From contig NC_081387.1 of the NCBI RefSeq assembly GCF_030684315.1, positions 3,700,497 through 3,764,496 on the forward strand: 64,000 bases of DNA, given 5' to 3'. The notes under the pieces were generated by a model. That model saw only the letters and a list, made by a program, of their open reading frames with translations, ran no database searches and was not told the DNA's origin. This stretch comes from Stegostoma tigrinum (taxonomy: Eukaryota). The first letter of the stretch is position 1, and every line of letters starts with the position of its first letter. Of this stretch, positions 11,830 to 21,679 are shown one piece after another. Position numbers and translations under genes: made by a program.

Positions 11830-12490
11830 AGTGGGCAAGAACTTGGCTAGGTAATTCCCACTTGGGTTCACTGATGTTCCAGGAATTCCAGAAAATGTGT
11901 GAAGGCTTTATTGCAGAACTCACAACAAGTGGGGGTTCTCCCCTGTGCATTGATTCACTGGGAGATATGCTGTTTGTGTGAAAATCTGGTCACAAGCTTG
12001 TCATATGAAGAATTTCTCCTGCGTGTGAACTCTGTGGTGTTCCAGGTGGTAGAAGACATTGTGAAGGATTCATCACAAACCGCACACTTGAAGGGTAACT
12101 CCTGAGTAATGCCTCGGATGCAGGAGGAGGTTCCATGATTGGAACAAAGTGTTTTTGCCCATTTGGCTCAGGAATGTTTTCTCCTCTGTGTGATGCAGCA
12201 GCGTTTGTGGTGTCTGACAATGAGAATGATTCACTGCACATGTCACATCTGAACAGTTTTCCCCATTTGAATATACTGGTGTCTGTGTAGGTATGATGAA
12301 TCCGAGAAGTCACTCATTACTTGTGAATGGTTCCTTGCTTTTATGAATATGCTGGTGATTTTGAATGACACTGAGAATAATTTGACATAACCTCACTTAA
12401 TGGATTCTACCCATGTAAATCCTGTGAGAGTGCAGGAACTTCTGTGACCACAGGAATGTTCAGTAACACATATCACTAGTGAAACAATTT
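11830..12490 (-). pseudogene. Decayed C2H2 fingers downstream of the ZF gene 2 stop
   Basis: Minus-strand remnants such as KLFRCDMCSESFS and TCTCCTGTGTGAA-type linker DNA with frameshifts. Confidence 0.7.
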
Positions 12491-13966
12491 TTATGTGTGA
12501 TTGTGATGATGAGCACAGAACTTTGATAACTCAGAGAAAGATTTGTCACATATGTCGCGTGTAAACATTTTTTCTCCTGTGTGGATGCGTCGGTGTCTGT
12601 GGAGATTCCCCAGCTGTGAGAATGATCTGTCACACATGTTGCACCTGAATGGTTTCTCCCCAGTGTGAATGCTGTGATGGAGCAGGAGGCTTGTGGAGGT
12701 GGCAAATGATTTGTCACATAGCTCACATGTGAACAGTTTCTCTCCTGTATGAATACGTTGGTGTCTGCGGAGGTTCCCCAACTGTGAGAATGATTTATCA
12801 CACACCTCACATGTGAATGGCTTTTCCCCTGTGTGAATCCTTTGGTGGAGCAGAAGGCTCGATGAGTCAGAGAATGATTTTGCACACACCTCACACGTAA
12901 ACAGTTTCTCCCCTGTGTGAATGTGTTCATGTCTGTGAAGATGCATTGACAGCGAGAATGATTTAATATGTGCATTACATATGAATGGATTCTCCCCTGT
13001 GTGGATGCGTTGGTGTCTACGGAGATTTCCCAACTGTGAGAATGATTTATCACACACCTCGCATGTGAATGGTTTTTCCCCGGTGTGAATGCTGTGATGG
13101 AGCAGGAGAGTTGATGAGTCAGAGAATGATTTGTTACACACCTTACACATAAATGCTTTCTCTCCTGTGTGAATACGTTGGTGTCTGCGGAGGTTCCCTA
13201 GCTGTGAGAATGATTTGTCACACACCTCACATGTGAATGGTTTTTCTCCTGTGTGAATCATCTGATGGAGCAGGAGGCTTGAGGAATCAGAGAATGATTT
13301 GTCACACACCTCACACTTGAATGGTTTCTCCCCTGTGTGAATTTGGTGGTGAGCATGAAGCTTTGATGACTGTGAGAATGATTTGTCGCACACATCACAC
13401 ATAAATGGCTTCTCACCTGTGTGAATGCGTTGGTGAACATGGAGGGCTGATGAATATGAGAATGATTTGTCACACACCTCGCATGAGAATGGTTTCTCCC
13501 CTGTGTGAATGCGTTGATGTGTACGGAGGTTCCCTAACTGAGAGAATGATTTTTCACATACCTCACAGATGAACAGCTTCTCCCCAGTGTGAATGCGTTG
13601 GTGCGTACGGAGGTTCCCGGATTGTGAGAATGATTTGTCACACACTTCACATGTGAAGGGTTTCTCCCCTGTGTGAGTCCGTTGGTGTGTGCGAAGATCT
13701 GATGACCAGGAGAATGATTTGTTACACACCTTGCACATGAATGGTTTCTTCCCAGTGTGAACAGGCCGATGGTTGACTAGACCTGATGACCGTGCAAAGC
13801 TCTTGTTACATTCCTCACACTTGAATGGTTTCTCCCCAGTGTGGATGCGTCGGTGATTTACAAATGCTGATAACTGTCTGAAAGCTCGATCACACACGTC
13901 ACACTTGAAGGGTTTCTCTTCCATGTAGTCTTTTGTATTATGGTAATCAACAGATGCACTTCGCAT
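12491..13966 (-). CDS. Poly-C2H2 zinc-finger protein (ZF gene 2): 17 fingers, 15 canonical; conserved start probably the MEEK ATG at 13924
   Basis: 491-aa ORF of tandem C2H2 fingers. Acceptor AG at 14297-14296 and promoter module at 15332-16061 on the same strand. Confidence 0.9.
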   Translation of the reverse strand: MRSASVDYHNTKDYMEEKPFKCDVCDRAFRQLSAFVNHRRIHTGEKPFKCEECNKSFARSSGLVNHRPVHTGKKPFMCKVCNKSFSWSSDLRTHQRTHTGEKPFTCEVCDKSFSQSGNLRTHQRIHTGEKLFICEVCEKSFSQLGNLRTHQRIHTGEKPFSCEVCDKSFSYSSALHVHQRIHTGEKPFMCDVCDKSFSQSSKLHAHHQIHTGEKPFKCEVCDKSFSDSSSLLLHQMIHTGEKPFTCEVCDKSFSQLGNLRRHQRIHTGEKAFMCKVCNKSFSDSSTLLLHHSIHTGEKPFTCEVCDKSFSQLGNLRRHQRIHTGENPFICNAHIKSFSLSMHLHRHEHIHTGEKLFTCEVCAKSFSDSSSLLLHQRIHTGEKPFTCEVCDKSFSQLGNLRRHQRIHTGEKLFTCELCDKSFATSTSLLLHHSIHTGEKPFRCNMCDRSFSQLGNLHRHRRIHTGEKMFTRDICDKSFSELSKFCAHHHNHT

Positions 13967-15231
13967 GCAACAAAATTATCTGAGCCTTTCTCACACTTGA
14001 AAAGCCTCTCACCTGTAAGAATGAGTCAATGCTTCATGAGACTCCATGAATGACTGAAGCTGTCACCACAGTTGGAGCCCACTCACACTTCTTCCCAGCT
14101 TCATCCTGACCGATCATTCACAGCTGAATCAGGAGGGGTTCCATTGCCATATGATGATTTTACTGTCCAACCTTCTTTGTGTTGAGCAATGCTGTGAAGG
14201 GACTGGATATCTTCCCAGTTATGCAGTTGTTCCTTGGGTGATGGTCAGGATCTACCTGTGGTGTCTGTCCTCTGGTGTAGTACAGTGCAATCCTTCTGTA
14301 AAACAGGAAAACATGATTTCCTCCAACTCCCTCTCCTTCTTTGCTGACTCCTCAGTTTTTTTTAATTTATACTTTCACAGGACTTGGCGGTCACTGGCAT
14401 TGCCAGCATGTATCGCTCATCCATAGTTTCCCTTGAGGAGGTGGGGGTGAACAAATTGTTCAATGTATTTGATTGTGATCATTTTCATGAGTAACACCAA
14501 GTCTCCAAATTAAAACACACAGAAAATGTTGGAGAAACACAACAGGTTTGACAACACATCACACTTCTTCAGAAACCACATCAGACTTCACACATTAATT
14601 GTATTTCTTGCCAAACCAGAGAAATTTGTTTCTGATTTCAGCATCTGCAGTATTTCGCTTTTACTTTAAACCAATAGCTGTTTTCAGTTCCACAAGATGG
14701 ATTAATGATCAGGAAACAGGACAAAGCAGTGCATCAGACATTTCCATTATTCTAATCGACTGTTCAGAGATGTGACTACATATCTTTGGAGCAGCTGGAA
14801 CTTAAACCTGAGCCTCCTGGGAGAGGGGTAGAGACACTACCACGGCACTACTAGAGGCCTTAGCATTAGATATTTCTAACAAATAAGATGCCATTCAGCT
14901 GATGATGGATGAAGAGGAATGAAAACTTCCAGGAATGATGTCCTGGCCAACAGTAATACTTCAATCAACACCACCGAAACACAGATGACCTAATCATGGT
15001 TATACTGTTGGTTGTGGGAATTTGCCTTGCACACATTCACTGCCGTGATTCCGAAGTGACCACACTTCAGAAGAAAGTGATAACTATCATGATGGTTGCA
15101 CATTTGGAGGTCAGGGAAAGGCTCCGTATAAATGCAAGCCTTTGTTCACTTTCCTGAGGGACGTATAGGGAGGTGGGAAGTCTTGTGAGGGATTGGTTAA
15201 GACAGGAAACATCCGGATCCCATCACGGAGA

Positions 15232-15309
15232 AGGCCCGAAACGTCAGCTTTTGGGCTCCTGAGATGCTGCTTGGCCTGGTGTGTTCATCCAGCTCCAAAT
15301 TTTATTATC
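15232..15309 (+). repeat. Truncated Penelope-type terminal fragment (3' half of hammerhead)
   Basis: AGGCCCGAAACGTCAGCTTT...GTGTTCATCCAGCTCC. Confidence 0.65.
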
Positions 15310-15331
15310 ACGGAGAGAGGTCCGGCTGTTC

Positions 15332-16061
15332 ACAGTCCACGGGACAGTAACCAGCTCCCAACACACACACACACACACAACTTAGCCACATGAAATCAGT
15401 AAGAATCCGCAGACACTCTGCTCCTCCCAGATAATTACCCCTCACCTTCTCATATCCAGGAATGAACCACCAACAAAACTCAGGCTGGAAATCAGGAGGG
15501 AAATGTTTCCAATAAACACACTCAATATCCAACACACAGCTCCAGTCTAACAGTTCAGCACAAAGCACCGAGTAAACAGCTCTCTCACTGGATCTTCTCA
15601 CACAGCATAAGGGACATTTCCACCCCTGATTACCCACAGGACAGTCAGACTGCCTGAAGATTGGTGTGGATATTATGGGATACAATTTGTATAAAAGCTG
15701 CTCCTTCACTCACCATCTCCTCACTTGGTTTTCAGTCCCTATAGGAAGTGAACCAGCTCTGGAAGAGGAAGAGGAGAGAATGGGCAGAGCGGGTGGGCTC
15801 TCTGATTGACGTCTCTCACAGCCAATCCAAATATTTCTGCAGCAACATGAGTTTCCTGAAGCTTGTGAAACTGACCTGTGAAATGGAGGTGACTTTGAGC
15901 AGCAGATCAGGTGGAGATTTAAACTTGTCATTGTCTCCATCTGAATAACACTTCACTTATTGCAGCTGCTGCCTCAGTTCCCCGGGACATGTTTGACAGG
16001 GATTTCAAGTGTGGGAATAGCATTCTTCATCCTCAGAGACTTTCAAACTGACATCAGTGAG
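15332..16061 (-). promoter_or_regulatory. ZF promoter/first-exon module copy (ZF gene 2)
   Basis: Reverse complement of the module; ATG 15716-15714, donor GT 15713-15712. Confidence 0.7.
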
Positions 16062-16656
16062 GGATGTGTATCCTTGCATGAGTTTGACAGCAGATCAGAA
16101 GAGAAAGACCCACAGCATCCAAGGAGCAATGGTGTCCGATGATGGAATCAGCTCATGCACAGGAGGGAGAGATATCAGAGGGAGGTGAATGAAAGCAGGG
16201 ATGTCATTACAAAATTGTCTGCGCATTTGAAGAGTGTCTCGAAGAGTTGCAAAGTAACCCAATAACTTCGGAAATGTAGTAGAGGTTGTTGTGTTAGAGT
16301 AGATCTCCCTCGAGTTGATTACTCAGATTCAGCATTCACTTCGTCTGGTTCTTCGCCTGGGCTATCCGAATCTCAATTGTCTGAGAGTGATATTGTGCAG
16401 CGTGTGTAGCCCGAGGATGATTTTGATCATTCACTCTCTCTGAATACCGTGATCCAACACCAAGGTGTACCGAGTACCTGAAACAGTTCTGTAAAATCCC
16501 ACCGCTTTTCTCTTTGAGCTGCCTCAGAGAGACATGTATGTACACAAACAACCCCTTCTCCTTAGTGTGACCTGCATGAAATGGTGACATCCACCATGGT
16601 AGGAAGGGGAGAATCTAGTCAGCTGACCATCAACTCACTGGACAGAAAATACATGC

Positions 16657-17350
16657 CTCACTGATGTCAGTTTGAAAGTCTCTGAGGATGAAGAATGCTA
16701 TTCCCTCACTAGAAATCTCTGTCAAACATTTACCAGGGGAACTGAGGCAGCAGCTGCAATAAGTGAGGCTTTATTTAGATGGGACAATGACAAGTTTAAA
16801 TCTCCACCTGATCTACTGCTCAAAGTCACCTCCATTTCACTGGTCAGTTTCACAAGCTTCAGGAAACTCATGTTGCTGCAGAAATATTTGGATTGGCTGT
16901 GAGAGACGTCAATCAGAGAGCCCACCCACTCTGCCCATTCTCTCCTCTTCCTCTTCCAGAGCTGGTTCACTTCCTATAGGGACTGAAAACCAAGTGAGGA
17001 GATGGTGAGTGAAGGAGCAGCTTTTATACAAATTGTATCCCATAATATCCACACCAGTCTTCAGGCAGTCTGACTGTCCTGTGGGCAATCAGGGGTGGAA
17101 ATGTCCCTTATGCTGTGTGAGAAGATCCAGCTGAGAGAGCTGTTTACTCGGTGCTTTGTGCTGAACTGTTTGACTGGAGCTGTGTGTTGGATATTGAGTG
17201 TGTTTATTGGAAACATTTCCCTCCTGATTTCCAACCTGAGTTTTGTTGATGGCTTATTCCTGAATATGAGAAGGTGAGGGGTCATTATATAGGAGGTGCA
17301 GAGTGTCTGAGGATTCTTACTGATTTCCTGTAGTTGAGTTCTGTGTGTGA
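16657..17350 (+). promoter_or_regulatory. ZF promoter/first-exon module copy (ZF gene 3), head-to-head with 15332-16061
   Basis: ATG 17002-17004, donor GT 17005; acceptor AG at 18100-18101. Confidence 0.7.
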
Positions 17351-18609
17351 GTGTGAGAGAGAGTGTATGACCTGGTGAAATAATCCTTGAAGAAGAGAAC
17401 AGAGTGGGCAGAGTGGGGAGCTCTCTGATTGATGTCTCACACAGTCAATCCAAATATTTCTAGATCAGGTGATAAGCAGAAATGCCTTTTCAGGGGACAT
17501 TAGGTGAGCACATTAGGGAGAAAGGAATGGAAAGGTCTGCTTATAGGGCGAGATAAGGAGGGGTGAGAGCAGGCTCCGATTAAACATAAGTACCAGCATG
17601 GGATAAATGGCCTGTTGTTCTCTGTATGCAACTTTTTGTGGTTAGATTTGAACTCCCAGCCTCTTGATTGTTTACCCAGCATCACAGCAATTCAGCATCT
17701 GTACTGAGAAACACATTAATTAAAATGTCTTTTTTATGTTAAACAGTCAGTCTGAGTGTAAAATGTCTCCATCAGGACGTCAAAGTTAACTGAATTGATA
17801 ATCTATTTTAGACTCCACCCGACCGTCTTTCCCATTGCCCTCATGTGCCTGGGAAGATCGGGGTCTGGGCTGAGGAACGAAAGTAGCCACATTGTCTGCC
17901 CCCGATCACTATCCAGTGTCCCTGCTGGAAACAGGGTGTGTGACAGTCAAGTGAGGAAAAAGAAAAGACTTGGATATGATCCCCTCCCCTAAAGACAGAC
18001 TGGCAGCCACTGTGGAACAGTCTGTCACAGAGGAGTCAGCCCCTTCAGCAAAAGAGGAGAGGGAGTTGGAGGGACTCATGTTTCCTTTTCCTGTTTTACA
18101 GAAAGATTGCATCGTATTATACCAGAGATTACAGAGAGGATAGACACTGTAGATAGATGCTGACTATCCCCCAAGGAACAGCTACACAACTGTGGGAAGA
18201 CATCCAGTCCCATCACAGCATTACTCGACACAGAAAAGGTTGGGCAGTGAAACTATCATCTGGAAGTCTCGTCAGGGAATTTTTGAGATATCATCAGATC
18301 TGAAACTGGTCAGTGGTGTGGAATCTTCCATCAGAACCAACCTTTCTGAAGATTCAGCTGTGGGCGCTCAGTCAGGGTGAGGCTGGGAGGCAGTGTGACT
18401 GGCTTCAAGTGTGATGACAGCTTTAGTTATTCATTGACCTCATGAACCACTGACTCACTCGTATAAATAAAAGGCTGTTCAAGTATGAGGTATATGAGGA
18501 GGGCTGCACAGGCTCATAAGATCTCCTGACAGCATGACAGAAGAGATACTTGGAAGTGAAGCCATTCACATGTGATGTGTGGAACCGAAACTACACTCAG
18601 TTGAGAGCC

Positions 18610-19311
18610 ATGAGAGACAAACTGATCGATAGAAGCAGCAAGACTTTCAGCTGCAAGCTCTGTGACAAATCATTTTCACAGTCATCATCCCTTCATGTGC
18701 ACCAACGCATTCACACCGGTGAGAAACCATTTACATGTGAAGTGTGTGACAAATCATTCTCAGACTCATCAACCCTCCGTAAACACCAGCGTATTCACAC
18801 AGGGGAAAAACCATTCACATGTGAGGTGTGTGACAAATCATTCTCTGATTCATCAAACTTCCGTGCACATCAACGTATTCATACTGGGGAGAAACCATTT
18901 ACGTGTGAAGTGTGCAACAAATCATTTTTGAAGGTAACAAATCTCCGTGCACACCGACGCATTCACACAGGGGAGAAACCATTCACATGTGAGGTGTGTA
19001 ACAAATCTTTTTCAAAATTAACAAACCTCCGCAGACATCAACACATTCACACGGGGGAGAAGCTGTTCTCCTGCGAAGTGTGTGACAAAGCATTTACACA
19101 GTCGTCAAATCTCCTAGACCATCAGACAGTGCACACAGGAGAAAAACCCTTCAAGTGTGAAATCTGTGATAAAGCTTTTGCCACATCTACAAGGCTGCTG
19201 AGACACCAGAGAATCCACACAGGGGAGAAACCATTCAAATGTTACGTTTGTGAAATGTCTTTTATCCAAACATCAGATCTCCTGAGGCACCAGCGGATTC
19301 ACACAGGGTAA
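18610..19311 (+). CDS. Poly-C2H2 zinc-finger protein (ZF gene 3): 8 fingers
   Basis: The ORF track starts at TTG 18550, the position homologous to the MEEK ATG. The first in-frame ATG is 18610 (GCCATGA). Eight C2H2 repeats; stop falls inside a TG(E) linker. Confidence 0.8.
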   Translation: MRDKLIDRSSKTFSCKLCDKSFSQSSSLHVHQRIHTGEKPFTCEVCDKSFSDSSTLRKHQRIHTGEKPFTCEVCDKSFSDSSNFRAHQRIHTGEKPFTCEVCNKSFLKVTNLRAHRRIHTGEKPFTCEVCNKSFSKLTNLRRHQHIHTGEKLFSCEVCDKAFTQSSNLLDHQTVHTGEKPFKCEICDKAFATSTRLLRHQRIHTGEKPFKCYVCEMSFIQTSDLLRHQRIHTG

Positions 19312-20290
19312 AAAATCATTCACATGCAAGGAGTACAACAAATTGTTCTCACAGTCACCACTGCTCTGTTTACACTAAAGCATTCCCAAAGGGGATAAGC
19401 CATTCAAGTATGAGGTGCGCAATCAAGACTTCAACAGTCAGTCATCGATACTGGTGAAACATCAATGCATTCACACTGGAGTGAGATAAAAATCTTTTTC
19501 AGTCATTCATCCTCTATGTATGCCACCGCAAAGGAGAGAAACTGTCTACATGGGATACCCACAAAGTTAACCAAATTCTGCAGACATCAGCATATTGACA
19601 CGTGTGGTGCATATAAACCCTTTACTAAGTCATTTGAACCTCTTGGTTCACCAGGAAATCTACAAGGAAAGAAACCTTCAAATGTAAAGTTTGTCACAAA
19701 GCCTTTACAGGATCAATGCGGTTTTTGATAAACCAGATGTTTAAGCACAGAAAAAAATCCTTCAGATGTGGGGATGGTGAGATGGCTTTCATCCAATCTT
19801 CAATCGCATTAAGTTCCACGTGATCTGCACACTGGAGAAAATTCTTCAGGTGTACAATGAGCAATTTATACAGTCATTGGACTTTGTGAAAAGCCAGTCA
19901 CATGCAATGTGTGGGACACACCAATCTCTGACTTGCCCAGTCTTCTTGTACACTAGTACATTAACAAAGAAGTCACTATTCATGTGGAAGTTGTGTCACA
20001 AATCATTTTGGTAGTGATGGAAACACATGTAGACCAACGTATTCACACAGGAGAACCCATTCATGTACAAGGTGTATGACAAACCATCCTCTCAGTTGTC
20101 AAAATGCCTCCTCTAACAGAGGATCCACAGAGTAGGTTAGTCCTTCAGGCACAAGGTGTGTGACAAAACTTTCTCACAGTTAGCATGTCTGCTGAACCAT
20201 CAATATATTCACACAGCGAAAGAAGGTAACTGGGGAGAATTCCATTGTAATACCTTCGGACAGTTGAATCTCCTGGAACATCAGTGAGTC
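19312..20290 (+). pseudogene. Decayed C2H2 fingers after the ZF gene 3 stop
   Basis: Repeated ATTCACACAGG / CCATTCA / TGTGACAAA finger-linker DNA with stops and frameshifts. Confidence 0.75.
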
Positions 20291-20329
20291 CACTTGTGTG
20301 ACAAACCCTGCCTGTGTGATATGCATCAG

Positions 20330-20580
20330 GATTGTTTCAGCTTCTCCTTCTCCCTTACAAGACACTGACATCTCCACATGGACTTAGAACGGGGTCCCCG
20401 GCTTTCGTTGCACTGAGATCTGTCTGTGTTGTTTCCCATCCAGTGCTCACATAGGGGAGCTGTCATTCCAAAGCGCACTCTGTCTCAAATCTCTCCCATC
20501 ATCAGTCAAATTTTATCAGAAAGGTCAATTTAACCTTTGACCTGATGGCCAAAGAGCACCAGATGAAGACGTCAATGTGT
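20330..20580 (+). other. Conserved 3' non-coding module of ZF units (also 33260-33510 -, 38470-38700 +)
   Basis: Shared core CTGTCTG(T/C)..TG/ATTTCCC.TCCAGTGCTCACA...AGCTGTC.TTCCA.AGC. Confidence 0.6.
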
Positions 20581-21127
20581 ATAGAAACTCCTCTAGCATC
20601 CTTTCAGTGCAGCGTCAGGTACAAGTCACTCGCTGACTCTCACTTTGACCAAGAAGACAATCAGATACTCAGTGGTTAGAAAGGCTTCAGCTCCTGATCG
20701 ACCAGCACAAGCACTTGGGAGAGAAGCCATTCCTGGGGTAGTAATGGATGTACTTCAATTAGCCTCAGTATCTGAGGGGAGGATCAGCCGGGAATCCTGT
20801 TACTTATCACTGAGTCCAGCTGGGAAGTTAGGGGGAGGTCAGAATGTGTTTCGGCTGTGACAGTCTCCATTGTCTCACAACGTTCACTGTCTGGCTCTCC
20901 ACATGCTGAATGGGCAGTTGGAACAGAGCAGTAGACGCCAATTAATGTCCGCAGTCTGTCCTCCAGGAGGAATTGGAGGGAATGTGGGAGGACAGCAACT
21001 TGCATGTCTAAAGCATCGTAATATAGTAAAACATCTTAAAGTGTTTAACATAGACATCATCAGACAAAAATTAACACTGAAACAAATAGATATTGGGAGT
21101 GGGTGACCAAAAATATGGCCAAAAGGG

Positions 21128-21225
21128 CAAAAACAGAACTTGCTGGAAAAACTCAGAAGGTCTGACAACATCTGTGGAGAGAAATTGAAGTAAATGTTTT
21201 GGGTCGAGTGACCCTTCCTCAGAAC
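21128..21225 (-). repeat. Penelope-type terminal fragment, second family, with decayed hammerhead
   Basis: Reverse complement CTGAGGAAGGGTCACTCGACCCAAAACATT; similar to 24512-24737 and 41090-41220. Confidence 0.6.
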
Positions 21226-21229
21226 ACAT

Positions 21230-21670
21230 ACGGCCAAAAACGTTGAATTTAAGTGAATTCATGATCACGGAGCCTGGAATACGTGGTTGTCAACGGTCCA
21301 AGGAAAGGAGTGAAATAGAGGGATGTACTAAAGGACAGAATTGCAAGAGCATTGTGATTGTGGTGCGTGATGGGTCTAGAGATGACATCGATAGAGACAG
21401 TGAGGCCATGCACTGGAGCATTGGAATTTTAAATTGGAGGTACTGGGGGACTGTAAATCGGTGTGGGTCAGTGAGCACAGGACCAACAGATGTGATCGGA
21501 TGGAGAGTGCAGTGTTTTACTAGTGCTTATGGAGATGAGAAGATGGGGAGCGGGCAGGAGAGCATTGGAATGGTCTAGTCTAGCCAAGAAGCAACAACTA
21601 CATGGATGAGAATTTCAACAGCAGATAGTCTGATGTGGGATGGGAGTTGCTTGGAAAGATGTTAGAGGGA
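21230..21670 (-). mobile_element. L2-like LINE fragment
   Basis: Minus frame LTDPHRFTVPQYLQFKIPML (cf. L2 LHWLPV..RI.FK). Confidence 0.5.
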
Positions 21671-21679
21671 GACACATAC

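Noticed and set aside
12460-13053. Long alternative-frame ORFs over the ZF arrays (TNHSH...FTQGRNH repeats; also 2914, 18662, 37124, 37418, 61322)
   Set aside because: Shadow frames of the repetitive C2H2 codon pattern.
12491-13966. 84-bp periodic repeats with variable segments, superficially CRISPR-like
   Set aside because: These are C2H2 finger codons in an open frame in vertebrate DNA; no cas genes.
16722-16970. Recurrent antisense ORF (NQLWKRKRREWAEW...MSFLKLVKLTSEMEVTLSS...) and similar short ORFs in every promoter module
   Set aside because: Recurrence follows from DNA identity of the module. The frame is shifted in copy 1, altered in the 7 kb and 15.8 kb copies, and mostly starts at non-ATG codons.
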